Positions 22,502 through 34,093 of a stretch of 64,000 bases of DNA are shown piece after piece. Each line of letters starts with the position of its first letter. Position 1 is the first letter of the stretch. The stretch is from an uncultured bacterium (lineage in GTDB: Bacteria > Zixibacteria > MSB-5A5 > CAIYYT01): positions 640,001 to 704,000 of the forward strand of contig CAVSCK010000003.1 of assembly GCA_963726455.1 (NCBI GenBank). The letters are read 5' to 3'. The translations under genes and the position numbers were made by a program. The notes below the pieces were generated by a model. It saw only the letters and a program-made list of their open reading frames with translations. It made no database searches and was not told the DNA's origin.

Positions 22502-22643
22502 CTGTCTCCCTTGCCGCTCACTCGCGAGGTTCACCTTGCGACGGCCGGCAAAGGTGCAAATATAACCTCCCCCTCGATGATTTCAAGAGAATAGTTGGCT
22601 TTCTCGCGGCGTTCCGTAGAGCGACTCGTGGCCTCCCGGCCTG

Positions 22644-23306
22644 TTACTTGCGCATACAGGGCAGCGGACCGTTCGCAAAAATATACCTGACGAGATAGAC
22701 GGCATCACCGACAGTCACCTGGTTGTCGCAATCTACATCCGCCGCCGACAGTGGATCAGGTGCGGTGCCGGAAGCGAATATGTATGAGATCAGGTAAGTC
22801 GCATCGGCGATATTGACTATGCCGTCGTTGTTGGCGTCTCCGGATTTATGGCCGATGATAGTGACCGTACCCGGCACAGAAAAAGGGACGGCGTCGGCGA
22901 ATTGTCCGGCAACAGTGTACAGCAGGTCATTGCTGTCCCAGAGCACACCATAGCCCTGGATAAACCCCTTGACCGGGAAATGCACTTGCAGCACCTCACC
23001 GGAAAAGTCGCCATAGGACGGCAATAAGCTGACGGAAGTTGGCACGATCGTATCATTAACTACGATCGAAGCATTATTGATATCGGTGAGCACGTGCCCG
23101 TCCAACAGAAAATTGCCCAGGTAGATGTCAACAAACATGGGGTTTATCTGATTGGCAAAGTAGACGTACAGTGTTTCCGGCTGAATCTCGATCTTCGCAT
23201 TCAAAACGGATAGCGCTGACCCCAGCGCCGTAGTTTGTTGAATACCCGTCACTGGCAGTATCAGTAGTATTATCCCAATCAATGATCCGAGTAACACGTT
23301 CTTCAT
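22644..23306 (-). CDS. Secreted protein with C-terminal dockerin-like domain
   Basis: Signal peptide; tail GDANNDGIVNIADATYLISYIFASGTAP..ADVDCDNQVTVGDAVYLVRYIFANGPLPC. Confidence 0.8.
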   Translation of the reverse strand: MKNVLLGSLIGIILLILPVTGIQQTTALGSALSVLNAKIEIQPETLYVYFANQINPMFVDIYLGNFLLDGHVLTDINNASIVVNDTIVPTSVSLLPSYGDFSGEVLQVHFPVKGFIQGYGVLWDSNDLLYTVAGQFADAVPFSVPGTVTIIGHKSGDANNDGIVNIADATYLISYIFASGTAPDPLSAADVDCDNQVTVGDAVYLVRYIFANGPLPCMRK

Positions 23307-23875
23307 ACTTCCTCCTGGTCTGAAAACATGTGGCAGTACATCGGCGGTCAAGACACACAAAGCGGCTGCGCTGGAGAAGGCAGTCGGGTTCATAATCTTC
23401 TGTTGGATTGTCTTGACTCTACTTGGTACAATATAGCTCGGATTGGCGCCCAGTCAAGCGAGAAAACGGGCGAGTCTGCGGGGTTACTGCCAGGGGCTTT
23501 GTGTAAGTTCACGCTTTTGTCAGGTCTGGCGCACGGCAAAGTCGGGCATATGACCTGACTCAACAGATTGATAGTCGAATTGAAACCCGGACGAACGTCC
23601 GGGCCACCCGTACGAAAAATGATTGCCACCGCTCAAACTGTATCTTAACTTTCAGCACTCAAAGTCCAAATTCATTTGACGATATGCATTCGCATTTCAT
23701 GCCAAACGAGTTGACAAGTCGGTGATTGACCGAGTAATACAGAGCTTTCTAGCTGGAGTCGAATGAAGGAAGTGACGGAATCCCACTTGAGACTGATGTT
23801 GCAGCCATCGAGAGAAGAACCCACACGCAGAAAGGTTCTGGGTGGGATACAAACTTCTGAGGAATCGTACAACTG

Positions 23876-25132
23876 ATGAATCATAGACTCTGGATCCTGA
23901 CCTTGCTTTCGATTCTCTGCCTTGTTTTGCCGCAGGGCTGCGGATCTCGATCCGATGACGAATGGAAACGGATGGTGGAAGCGGGCAACAAATGCTATCA
24001 CGAGGGCGATTATGCAGGAGCTGAGCGCTGGGCAAATGAGTCTTTGGTCTATGCCGAAAGTCAGTTCGGTCCCGTAAGCTCGGAGGTCGCATTTGCACTC
24101 ACTGATCTGGCTAGAGTCGCCGACAAACAACGTCAATCGCTTCGAGCCGATAGTCTTTACGCCAGTGCCGCGGATGTCTACAAACAACTAAAGCTGCCGC
24201 CAGATATCGTTTTTGCGAATTTCTGCTACAGCCGCGCTGAGCATTATCGGGTCCTGGCAAAGTGGAGCGAGGCTGAAGATTGCTTTGCCTTAGCACTGAA
24301 GCTGCAACTCGAGTTCCTCGGAAGAGATGATCATTTCGTTGCGTTGACGTATGCCGGATTGGCAGAAGCAGAAACACGAAACGGCAACCTGAAGGAATCG
24401 GTGCGCAACTATTCAGAGGCGATACGAATCAACAGGAATCTGGCCACCCCTCAAGCCACGAGCAATCTGGCGACATGTCTCAGTCAGTTAGCCGACAATT
24501 ATTCTCGATTGGGAGACTCAACCAAAGCGTTTAAATGCTTTCGTGAGTCACTTTCGCTTACAGAGGCAGTGAATGGCTTAGAGCCCGCCTTCGTCTTTTC
24601 ACTTCGAAATCTCGCAGCCTACTATCTAAGACTCGGCAGGATGCGCGAAGCAGACTCCTGTTACATCGTAGCGAACGCAATCGCCGAAAAGCATCTGAAC
24701 CGAGGTGATCCATCTCTTGTAATCGTCCACATCGGCGCTGCTCGAGCATTATTGCGGCAAGAAAAGTACGCGGAGGCAGAGACACTCATTGGCCGGGCTA
24801 TGAGTCTGAGCGAGTCTCGGCCGGGAAGTGATCCTGGCGATCACAGCTTAGCATTGGCGTGGCAAGCGCAGATATTCTACAAGACTGGTAGGTATGCTCT
24901 GGCGCTGGAGACAATTAAGAGAGCTATAGCCGGCATTGAAGAGGCGGGGCCGACGCAAAAGGAATTCATGCTCCCTGATCTCGGTTTAGCTGCTAAATGC
25001 GCCGATAGCCTCGGGCGTCGGGAGGACGCTCGCGAGTACGCTCGAGATGCTTGGGAGCTTGCGAAAGGTCTATACGGGGAAAAGGACAAGCGGACTCTCG
25101 AATACAAGAAGACGTGCGACATGCTTAGGTAG
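23876..25132 (+). CDS. TPR-repeat protein (kinesin-light-chain-like repeats), probable lipoprotein
   Basis: Hydrophobic N-terminus ending in QGC; repeated helical TPR units such as ALKLQLEFLGRDDHFVALTYAGLA. Confidence 0.75.
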   Translation: MNHRLWILTLLSILCLVLPQGCGSRSDDEWKRMVEAGNKCYHEGDYAGAERWANESLVYAESQFGPVSSEVAFALTDLARVADKQRQSLRADSLYASAADVYKQLKLPPDIVFANFCYSRAEHYRVLAKWSEAEDCFALALKLQLEFLGRDDHFVALTYAGLAEAETRNGNLKESVRNYSEAIRINRNLATPQATSNLATCLSQLADNYSRLGDSTKAFKCFRESLSLTEAVNGLEPAFVFSLRNLAAYYLRLGRMREADSCYIVANAIAEKHLNRGDPSLVIVHIGAARALLRQEKYAEAETLIGRAMSLSESRPGSDPGDHSLALAWQAQIFYKTGRYALALETIKRAIAGIEEAGPTQKEFMLPDLGLAAKCADSLGRREDAREYARDAWELAKGLYGEKDKRTLEYKKTCDMLR

Positions 25133-25318
25133 TCAAGCTGGCAGGGTGGCCGGGGGGCTTTCTCTTGGCCTGCAAATTCGCCATTCTCAATCGGCGCAAT
25201 GTCATCACATCAAAGAATTAGCTCGAGATAGACACTATGTGGTGTTGTCAAAACGACTGCCGGTAATCGCGTGCGGTTTCATCTTGGCGGAATGTGGGCA
25301 GTTAGTATATTTCGCACA

Positions 25319-27472
25319 ATGAAATCGCTGGCAGGTTCGAAACGGTTCTGGATGATCTTGGCTGCGGCGGTGCCGTTGCTTGTCTACCTGATAACACTGT
25401 GTCCATCTGTATTTCCCGGCGACGGCGGCGAATTGGGGTTGGCAGCGACTAATCTGGAGATATCACATCCTCCCGGATATCCGCTCTTGACTAACGTGGG
25501 GCATGTCTGGACCGTGCTGTTGTTCTTCCTCAGGCCGATCCTGGCGTTGAACTTCTTGTCGGCGTTGTTTGCGGCGCTGGCTTCTGCGGTACTGTTTGTC
25601 ATCCTGATGTCACTAAGCGGCGGCGAATCGCGAGCCAATTACCTGATCAATTTCACGTTGTCGGTGGCGTTTGCGTTTGGGCAGACACTCTGGAGCGTCG
25701 CCACCAACTACGAAGTCTATTCACTGGCGGCGCTGATGGCCACCATGTGCATTGTCATCATGTTGAAGTTTCTTTGGACCGGCGACAGGCGATGGTTTCT
25801 CGCGGGCTGGTTCGTGTTCGGGCTGGCGCTCTGCAATCATCTGTCGGTTGGTTCGGTGGGACTGATGATGGTGCTGGTCACGTGGTATCGAAGAAAGGAT
25901 CTGGCGATTGGCGACTACCTGTCCGGGTTGCTGCTATTCGGATTGGCATTGACATTCTACTTCTACATTTATATCCGAGGGGGACAGAACATCGTGCTGC
26001 ACTGGTACGACCCGCGCACGACACAAGGGTTCGAGGGTCACATCCTGGCGCAAAGCTACCGGCATTATGTCGGCACGCCGCGTCTGGTAGATATCGTCCC
26101 TTATTTCGTCGAATTGTGGCGGCTGTTCTCGCATGAGTTTGTGATTCCCGCTACCTTGCTGGCACTACCGGGAGCGGTCGTTCAGTGGCAACGGAATTCC
26201 AAAGTTGCAGCTCTGATGTTGTCGATTGTCCTTCTCAATTGGGTGGTCAATTTCGACTATCTCATTCCCGATATCATGCCCTATTTCCTGCCGTCGATGC
26301 TGGTGTTCGTGATTTGGATGGCGGAGTTTCTCAATTGGATGACAAAGAAATCGCGGGCATGGTTGATTGTCGCGGTATCGATCGCCGTGGGAATCGTCAT
26401 CACGACCGCGGTCGGAAATTACGCAAAATCTGACCTGAGTAAACGTCGTAGTGCGGAGCTGTATGCCAAGGATTTGTTCGAGCGAGTTCCGCAGGGCGGA
26501 ACGATCTTCTGCAGCAGCGACTACTCGATGTTTCCGACACTGTACTTTCATTATGCCGAGAATTACCGGCCGGACTGCAAGGTATATGGTGACCGGCCGA
26601 CCCTTGCGCGGTTGAAAACTGATCTTGGACTTAGCGCGGCGCCGGGCTACACAGATTTTTCCCAAATACTTAAGTACGTCATCGAACGTGAAGGAAAACG
26701 AGTCGTATTTGCGCGCGAAACGTGGCAGACCTTTGACTATTTCAAGACGTTGATTCCAACTCTCTACCCCAGCGGCCTGGTATGGTACACTGATTCGGCA
26801 TCACAAATAGCGGTCGGTCGTCAGAATTTGGACTGGAGAAATCCACCAAGACTTTATGACGTAAAAGAGGCGCGGTTATACGTCATGTATGACTTACTGT
26901 ACGGTGAAGCGCTGAACAAGGTTGGCGATCCCGAGGGTAAGCAACTCTGGCGGGAGGCAGCAAAGATTGTTCAGCAGCAGGAGAATTACGCGTTGACGAG
27001 TGAGTTGGGGGCCTACCTTCTCGGCTTCGATCAAAGACTGGCTCGCAAGGCGCTCGAAGACGGTTTGAAGTCACCCGGCCTTCGACTAGAGCAACGGATG
27101 AAATTGCTGACTCTGCTGGGAAGTGTGGCGATCGAATCTGGAGACCTGAATCAGGCCAAGGAAATACTTGGAAAGGTCATCGCGGTGGAGCCGGACAACT
27201 CTGTCGCGAAGTATGATCTCCTGAGCATTTCCGCGCGTGAGGCCGAGGACGCAAAGCAGTTTCCGAAAGCCATCGCGATATATCATGATATGCTGAAATC
27301 ATTTCCTGATCAAAGGGATGCCAATCTGCAGCTTGGTCGGCTCCTGCTTGCGACCGGCGATACAGCCGTTGCGCGGGAGATGCTGGAGACGTGTATCAGA
27401 GACGGTTATCAAGCAGATTATGCGCGCCAGCTTCTGTTGCAGTTTGCGGGTCAAGAAAAGCGCTCTCCCTGA
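25319..27472 (+). CDS. DUF2723/TMEM260-like GT-C membrane glycosyltransferase with C-terminal TPRs
   Basis: Y..TLCPSV..GDGGE, HPPGYPL, WS.A..YEVY and LALCNH; TM helices followed by TPRs. Confidence 0.8.
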   Translation: MKSLAGSKRFWMILAAAVPLLVYLITLCPSVFPGDGGELGLAATNLEISHPPGYPLLTNVGHVWTVLLFFLRPILALNFLSALFAALASAVLFVILMSLSGGESRANYLINFTLSVAFAFGQTLWSVATNYEVYSLAALMATMCIVIMLKFLWTGDRRWFLAGWFVFGLALCNHLSVGSVGLMMVLVTWYRRKDLAIGDYLSGLLLFGLALTFYFYIYIRGGQNIVLHWYDPRTTQGFEGHILAQSYRHYVGTPRLVDIVPYFVELWRLFSHEFVIPATLLALPGAVVQWQRNSKVAALMLSIVLLNWVVNFDYLIPDIMPYFLPSMLVFVIWMAEFLNWMTKKSRAWLIVAVSIAVGIVITTAVGNYAKSDLSKRRSAELYAKDLFERVPQGGTIFCSSDYSMFPTLYFHYAENYRPDCKVYGDRPTLARLKTDLGLSAAPGYTDFSQILKYVIEREGKRVVFARETWQTFDYFKTLIPTLYPSGLVWYTDSASQIAVGRQNLDWRNPPRLYDVKEARLYVMYDLLYGEALNKVGDPEGKQLWREAAKIVQQQENYALTSELGAYLLGFDQRLARKALEDGLKSPGLRLEQRMKLLTLLGSVAIESGDLNQAKEILGKVIAVEPDNSVAKYDLLSISAREAEDAKQFPKAIAIYHDMLKSFPDQRDANLQLGRLLLATGDTAVAREMLETCIRDGYQADYARQLLLQFAGQEKRSP

Positions 27473-27661
27473 CAGCAGGCGATAATAGCTGCGGCGTAAT
27501 GCCACGTTGGTAGATTAGCTCCAGACAAACTGTCCTCAGTGCGTTCTTTTCCTCTTCCTTAGGCCAATCACATAAAGCATTCTTGACAAATCGAAACTGA
27601 GCAGGCAATGTTTCGTATTCATGGCATGGGATATGAGTTCCAAACGGACGCGGGTGAGCGA

Positions 27662-28135
27662 ATGGAATTGAAACAAGTATTCAGCGACAGCGAAATCGAG
27701 ACCGCTCGCACCCTATTTCTTGAATATGCGGCGTCGCTCGGGTTCGATCTCTGCTTCCAGAACTTCGATCAGGAATTGCGGGACTTGCCGGGAGATTATG
27801 CCCCACCAGCGGGGCGGCTTCTGATAGCAATGGACGGCGACCAAGTTCTGGGCTGCATTGCGCTAAGACGAATCGATGCTGAAACGTGCGAAATGAAGCG
27901 ACTCTACGTGCGGCCCGCAGCGCGAGGTCGCAGGCTGGGACGGACCTTGTCACAGGAGATAATTACGGAAGCACGTAGTATTGGATATCTTCGCATGCGG
28001 CTTGACACAATGCCAACCATGACGGAGGCAATCTCTTTGTATCAGTCACTCGGCTTCAAGGATATTACCCCCTATCGATATAATCCCATGCCGGGGGCAA
28101 TCTATATGGAGTTGGACCTCACAGTGGGAAGTTGA
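27662..28135 (+). CDS. GNAT acetyltransferase
   Basis: CEMKRLYVRPAARGRRLG, MRLDT and A..LYQSLGF. Confidence 0.88.
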   Translation: MELKQVFSDSEIETARTLFLEYAASLGFDLCFQNFDQELRDLPGDYAPPAGRLLIAMDGDQVLGCIALRRIDAETCEMKRLYVRPAARGRRLGRTLSQEIITEARSIGYLRMRLDTMPTMTEAISLYQSLGFKDITPYRYNPMPGAIYMELDLTVGS

Positions 28136-28161
28136 TCAGTATTTCATTCCAGGAGAACTTT

Positions 28162-29049
28162 ATGAGCAGACCGACATTCTATATTCTTGATGTATTTGCC
28201 CAGCAGCGTTACGCCGGCAATCAACTGGCGGTATTCCGAAACGTGGCTGGAGTATCGGACACGGAAATGCAGCAGATTGCCAGAGAGGTCAATTTCTCCG
28301 AGACGACATTTATTCTGTCGGAACAACCGGAATCCGGGGGCTATCCGGTGCGCATCTTCACGCCCGGCCAGGAAGTACCGTTTGCCGGACATCCCACAAT
28401 TGGCACGGCCTTTGTCATACAGCAGGAGATCATCGGCAGACAGGTCGAGACAGTGCCATTGAACTTGAAGGTCGGCCAGATTCCGGTGTCGTTTAGCTAC
28501 TCCGGTGCTGACGTCGAGCTGATGAGGATGAAGCAAAACCAACCGACGTTCGGAGAGACGCACTCGGCATCTGACCTTGCTCCCATGCTCGGCCTGAGTG
28601 AGCAGGAACTTGACTCACGATATCCGATTCAGGAAGTCTCGACCGGACTGCCGGCGTTGATCGTGCCGTTGAAGAACCTGAAAGCATTGCAGAAAGCACG
28701 TGTTGACCGGCAGAAGTATTTCGAATTGGTGAACAACACTGAAGCAAAGGCCGTATTGGTCTTCTGCACGGAAACACGGAGCAACACAAATCAGGTCAGC
28801 GTGCGCGTCTTTGTCGACTATTTCGGTATTCCGGAAGACCCGGCGACCGGAAGTGGCAACGGTTGTTTGGCGGGGTATTTGGCGAAATACCGAATCTTCG
28901 AGAGCAATAAGATCAGCGTCCGCGTCGAACAGGGATACGATATGGGCAGGCCGTCATTATTATTCCTGGAGGCAGAGGATCGCGGACACGAGATAGACGT
29001 CAACGTCGGCGGCAATGCGATTCTGATTGCGAGAGGAGAATGGAAGTAG
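28162..29049 (+). CDS. PhzF-family isomerase
   Basis: DVF..YAGNQLAV, FSETTF, RIFTP..EVPFAGHPT and EDPATGS. Confidence 0.92.
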   Translation: MSRPTFYILDVFAQQRYAGNQLAVFRNVAGVSDTEMQQIAREVNFSETTFILSEQPESGGYPVRIFTPGQEVPFAGHPTIGTAFVIQQEIIGRQVETVPLNLKVGQIPVSFSYSGADVELMRMKQNQPTFGETHSASDLAPMLGLSEQELDSRYPIQEVSTGLPALIVPLKNLKALQKARVDRQKYFELVNNTEAKAVLVFCTETRSNTNQVSVRVFVDYFGIPEDPATGSGNGCLAGYLAKYRIFESNKISVRVEQGYDMGRPSLLFLEAEDRGHEIDVNVGGNAILIARGEWK

Positions 29050-29127
29050 ATTCGCAGCTATTCGGAGCTGCCGCGATCTGCTTGACTTTCAACGGCTAAG
29101 ACAGTATCGTAGCGGTTCGATATCGCT

Positions 29128-30042
29128 ATGACCAAAAGGCAATTCTTCAACCGCTTCCTGCAACTGGCGCTGCTGGCGCTGATATGTTACTTCTTTGCGC
29201 CGAGCTTTATTGACAGCTTCAAAACCTTCAATCCATCAGCATGGAAGATCAACTATCCCCTGTTGATTGCGTCGCTGCTGTTAATGCAGGTTGTGCTTTA
29301 CGCACAGTCGGCGATCTGGTCAACGATCATTACCTTCTTTGACAAGAAGGTAAGCTGGAACAAGGCGTTCAAGATCGCCTATTTGTCGCAATTGGGGCGC
29401 TACCTGCCGGGTCGAATCTGGCAGCTATTCGGGATGATATATCTGGCTGCGAAAGAGGGCATAACCAAGGAAGAAGCGACGGTGTCGTTTATCCTGAGTC
29501 AGATCTTTACAACACCGCCGGGATTGTTGATCGTGGTCGTATACCTTTTCCTGCTGGAAACAGCCGAGAAATACCATCACTATTCTGCGTTTGCCTGGAT
29601 CGGTGGGGCAATCTGTATCGTGTTTTTGGTGATCTATTTCATGCCCCGATTGTTCAAGCAGATGATTAATCTGGCTACGCGCCTGCTGCGACAACCGCAA
29701 GTGGAATTCCGATTGGAAAAAAAGGTGGGATTGCAGGTGCTGTTGTTTTATTTTGTCACCTGGAATTTGTACGGCGTCAGTTTCTACCTCTTTCTGAAGT
29801 CGATTCTACCAGGGGTCGAATTCAATTTGGTTGAGATCATAGGCGCCTGGACACTGGCCTATCTGGTCGGCTATTGGGCGATCGTGTTGCCCGCCGGGAT
29901 AGGCGCGCGCGAAGCCGCGTTGATTGTTTTGTTGGCGCCAATTGTCGGGAATGATCGTGCCGGGGTGGCTGTAATCGGCGCCAGAGTCTGGTCGATGCTG
30001 GGCGAGTTGATTTGCACGGTGCTGGCATGGAGAGTTAAATAG
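29128..30042 (+). CDS. Lysylphosphatidylglycerol-synthase-TM / flippase-like membrane protein
   Basis: SQLGRYLPG.IW and PAGIGARE; about 8 TM helices. Confidence 0.75.
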   Translation: MTKRQFFNRFLQLALLALICYFFAPSFIDSFKTFNPSAWKINYPLLIASLLLMQVVLYAQSAIWSTIITFFDKKVSWNKAFKIAYLSQLGRYLPGRIWQLFGMIYLAAKEGITKEEATVSFILSQIFTTPPGLLIVVVYLFLLETAEKYHHYSAFAWIGGAICIVFLVIYFMPRLFKQMINLATRLLRQPQVEFRLEKKVGLQVLLFYFVTWNLYGVSFYLFLKSILPGVEFNLVEIIGAWTLAYLVGYWAIVLPAGIGAREAALIVLLAPIVGNDRAGVAVIGARVWSMLGELICTVLAWRVK

Positions 30043-30055
30043 AAATGGACATATC

Positions 30056-32499
30056 ATGGTAAAGCGCAAACCACAAGTTGCCTCGTCTGCTGCGAAAGCG
30101 TACGATTTCTTCAAGGAGTTGGAAGAGAATCAGAATTTCTACCTCTACTACGCCGCGGCCACACTGATATTCGTGATCGTGCTGTTCAACAAATTCATCT
30201 TCTCCAGCCAGATGCTGTATGGCTCGGATACGATACAGGCCGGCATCTTCTTCCGCGAATTGATGGTAAGCTATTTCAAGGCACACGGCAGCGTACCGCC
30301 CTGGGATCCTTACATCTTCTGCGGAATGCCGTTTGTCGACTCGTTCCACGGCGATATTTTCTATCTGCCAACGTTTATCATCAAGATGATTTTCCCGCTG
30401 CAGCGAGCGCTGGGTTGGGGATTGATTCTGCATATCTATCTGGCGGGTCTGTTCGGCTACATGTGTGCGCGGGGCTTTGGGGTTTCAAAAGTGGCGTCAG
30501 CGTTCGCCGGTGTGTCATACATGTTTGCCGGCTACTCGTATCGTTTGTCGCTCCCGGCCATGACGGCAAGATGTTTGTGACGGCGCTATTCCCGTTGGCG
30601 TTCCATTTTCTGAATCGCGGGACCCAGACGTTCAAGCTCAAGTGTTTTATCATGCTCGGCCTCACGATCACGCTGATCATCCTGACGCCCCATCCACAAA
30701 TGGCCTATTTCACGCTTTGGGGTCTTGGCGCTTTCTTCCTGTATCGGGTCGTGTTCATGTGGCGCGACAAGGTTGACAAGGTCAAGATGGCCCTGACGGC
30801 AGGCATGTTTGTGCTGGCGGTAATCATCGGGCTTTTCGGTTCAGCCATACAGTTCTATCCGGGCTACAAATACATTCAGGAATTTTCACCGCGAGCCGGT
30901 GAAGGCGCCGAGGGCCGAGGCGGCTATGAGTGGGCGACGTCCTGGTCGTTGCATCTGGAGGAATTGGTCGGACAGGTAGTGCCGTTCTTTGCCGGCGTCG
31001 ATGACCAGAAGGCAGAAGGCGGGTACTGGGGACGCAACGCGTTCAAGGACAACACCGAGTATACCGGCTTCGTGCCGTTATTGATCGGTATCGTGGGATT
31101 GGCGCTGTGGCGACGGCGAGAGAGCTGGTTCTTTGCCGGAATGGCGGCGCTGGCGTTGATCTATGCTCTTGGCGGTACGACACCCCTGTTCTATATCTTC
31201 TATGCCGTCGTTCCAAACGTGAGCAAGATGCGCGGACCGTCGATGATCATGTTCTTGTTTAGTTTCTCATTCGCCATGCTGTCGGCCTTCGGAATTGACG
31301 CGCTGATCAAGTTGCACAATGAATCCAAAGCAAGAATCACGGGGAAGTTGAGCAAGGCCTTGATGATCACCGCTGCCGTCTTGACGGTGTTGGCGGTGCT
31401 GTTTACGGTCGCCGGCAAATCCCTGATGTCGGTATACACTTCGATTTTTTATTCCGGAATCGGCGCCGACAATGTCCGCATGATGGACGGAAACTTGCCG
31501 ACGGTGATCATAAGCTTCTGGCTCATTGCCATGATCACGTGGCTCGCCACGTTTCTGATACGCGGGTATGTTACGGGCAAAGTCGGTAGAATCGCGCTTT
31601 ACACCTTGATATTCTTGAGTCTGGTGGATCTCTGGCGCGTCGATTTCCGCTTTATCAGCACGGTTGATTACAACCGCACGTTCCCGAACTTGCCGATTGT
31701 AGAAAAACTGAAGTCGGAGAAGGAACCGTTTCGCGTGATGGATTTGACAAGGCAGAGCTGGCAAGGCAAGGATTTCCTGGCGCTCAACGATATCGAGATG
31801 CTGACCGGTTACCACGGGGCACAGTTGAAAACTTTCGATGAGTTCCTCGGCGGTCTGACATTCTCACGACTGCGAAAAGGCCAGGGTCTTAATCTCAGGC
31901 CGTTTCATCTCACCGGCACCAAGTACCTTATACTAGACCGCGGTTCGCAATTTCCGGATGAATTGGGATTGAAAAAAGTGTACGACCAGGAAGTGGTAGT
32001 CTATGAGACCCCGCGTCCGATGCGGCGAGCGTCGATCTATCACGCCTATCAACTGGCCAGTAATGCACCGTCGGATCTCGACCTCCTTTACAGCGAAGAT
32101 TTCCCGTATATGAAGTTGCTCCTGCTGTCAGAGGCGCCTGAGTATCAGCCGGCACTGCCTGATTCGGGCGCGGCCGAAAAGGTCGAGATTGTGCAGCATG
32201 AAATCGCCCGTCAGCGCTATGAAGTTGAATTGGTGACGCCGGGCCTGTTGTTCGTGTCGGAGAATTACTTCCCGGGATGGAAAGTCAAAGTCGATGGCGT
32301 CGAAAAGAAGCTCTTGAAGGCACACTATACGTTCCGGGCAGTGTCATTGGACAAGGGTTCGCATGATGTCGAATTCTATTGGGACTGGCCGCGCTATGAC
32401 GACAGCCGCCTGGTGACTATTCTGACGGTCATCTTCTCCTGCGTTGGTTTGGCGGCCTGCATCTGGATTGAACGCAAACCGAAAGGACCTGCTGCTTGA
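30056..32499 (+). CDS. YfhO-like GT-C membrane glycosyltransferase (frameshift near 30540)
   Basis: PPWDPYIFCGMPF, many TM helices, C-terminal SENYFPGWKVKVDG..FRAVSL..GSHDVEF. Confidence 0.78.
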
Positions 32500-33242
32500 C
32501 CGAACGTGCTCTGGTGCTGTTGCCGACATATAATGAGAAAGATAATGTTGAGAAGATCTCGCGGCAGATTCTGGCGGTTGATCCGCGACTGGAGATTCTG
32601 ATTGTTGATGACAACTCTCCGGATGGCACCGGTCAAATTGCCGACCGATTGGCCGAGGAGAGCCCACGTATCAAGGTCTTGCATCGCGCCGGCAAGCAGG
32701 GGCTCGGCAGGGCGTACATCGCAGGGTTCCACTACGGTATTGAACACAAGTATGACTATATCTTCGAAATGGACGCGGATTTCTCGCATCAGCCGAAGTA
32801 CTTGGCGGATCATCTGGTAAATATCCAGAACTGTGACATCAGTTTGGGGTCGCGTTATATCAAGGGTGGCGGAGTTGAGAATTGGCCCAAGACCCGCTGG
32901 GCGATTTCATATTATGCCAACGTCTACTCACGGGTGGTCACCGGTCTGCCGGTTCGCGACGCTACCGGCGGTTTCAAGTGCTTCCGCCGCCAGGTCTTGG
33001 AGACAATCAATCTTGACCGAGTTCGTTCGAATGGATATTCGTTCCAAATCGAGGTTAGCTTTCGCGCCTGGTTGCAGAATTTTAGAATCAAGGAAATCCC
33101 CATTATTTTCGTCGAGCGCGAAGCCGGACACTCGAAGTTCTCCCGCAAGATCATTTACGAGGCGGTCTTTATGGTGCTCTACCTCGGTTTGAAATCGATT
33201 CCTTTCCGTATGAAACGGCTTGTTGGTCTCGGTAAGAAATGA
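32496..33242 (+). CDS. Polyprenol-phosphate mannose synthase (Dpm1/Ppm1-like GT2)
   Basis: PTYNEKDN, VDDNSPDGTG, GLGRAY, EMDADFSH, DATGGFKC and GYSFQIE. Confidence 0.88.
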   Translation: MTERALVLLPTYNEKDNVEKISRQILAVDPRLEILIVDDNSPDGTGQIADRLAEESPRIKVLHRAGKQGLGRAYIAGFHYGIEHKYDYIFEMDADFSHQPKYLADHLVNIQNCDISLGSRYIKGGGVENWPKTRWAISYYANVYSRVVTGLPVRDATGGFKCFRRQVLETINLDRVRSNGYSFQIEVSFRAWLQNFRIKEIPIIFVEREAGHSKFSRKIIYEAVFMVLYLGLKSIPFRMKRLVGLGKK

Positions 33243-34090
33243 GCGAGACGCGTAGTTCAGTCTCCGTAATAATCATAAACTACAACACGCCAGAGCTAGT
33301 GACCGACCTGATTGCGTCGATTCGCAAGCACACTGCCGGGATATCCTATGACATCACGGTTGTGGACAACGGCTCCCGGCCCGAACGCAGGTTCAGGGAT
33401 GACACCTGCGATACGGCCATAAGGGTGATTCAGTCGGAGGCCAATCTTGGATTCGCGACGGCGGCGAATCTTGGGGCACGGAATGGCCACTCGACTTATC
33501 TTCTGTTTGCCAACTCGGACTGCCGGTTGACCGCCAACATTATCCCGCTCATGTCAATCTATCTGGATCGGAATCCGGACTGCGCTGCCTGTGGGCCGCA
33601 AACAGTGGATGAAAAAGGAAAAGTGCATTCCTCGATTCGTTTACTGCCCACATACAGCAATCTTCGTCATTCGCGTGCCTCGATACTGGGAGGCGGCTCG
33701 GATTACACACTAGTCGCCGATTCCACACGCAAGCCGGTGGAAGCGATGTCAGCAACATTCATGATGGTCCGGCGCAGCATTTTCGAGCAGGTCGGTGGTT
33801 TTGATGAGCGATATTTCATGTATGTGGAGGATACAGATCTCTGCAAGAGATTCCAGGATCTCGGCAAGCAAGTGGTCTATTTGGGCGATCTCAGTGTCAT
33901 TCATATCTGGGGGGCCTCAACGAGAGCGAAGCCGTGGCGAATGAGATTCGAACACCACCGGTCGATGAGGTATTACTTCCGCAAGCATTTTCCCAAAAAG
34001 CAGTTTGCCAATTTTCTATTGACGCTGCAATTGATGGCCAACTTCTTTCTACTGGCAATCAAGATAGCGCTTTCGCGGAGCGTGAGGTAG
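33239..34090 (+). CDS. GT2-family glycosyltransferase (WbbL/rhamnosyltransferase-like)
   Basis: IIINYN, VVDNGS, NLGFA..AN and GGFDERYFMYVEDTDLC. Confidence 0.85.
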   Translation: MSETRSSVSVIIINYNTPELVTDLIASIRKHTAGISYDITVVDNGSRPERRFRDDTCDTAIRVIQSEANLGFATAANLGARNGHSTYLLFANSDCRLTANIIPLMSIYLDRNPDCAACGPQTVDEKGKVHSSIRLLPTYSNLRHSRASILGGGSDYTLVADSTRKPVEAMSATFMMVRRSIFEQVGGFDERYFMYVEDTDLCKRFQDLGKQVVYLGDLSVIHIWGASTRAKPWRMRFEHHRSMRYYFRKHFPKKQFANFLLTLQLMANFFLLAIKIALSRSVR

Positions 34091-34093
34091 CGA

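Noticed and set aside
23440-23610. Fragments resembling a c-di-GMP-I riboswitch (ggcaaagtcggg...cctgac; gcggggttac)
   Set aside because: The elements are in the wrong order, and the GNRA loop and GACGCAAAG/CUAA motifs are missing.
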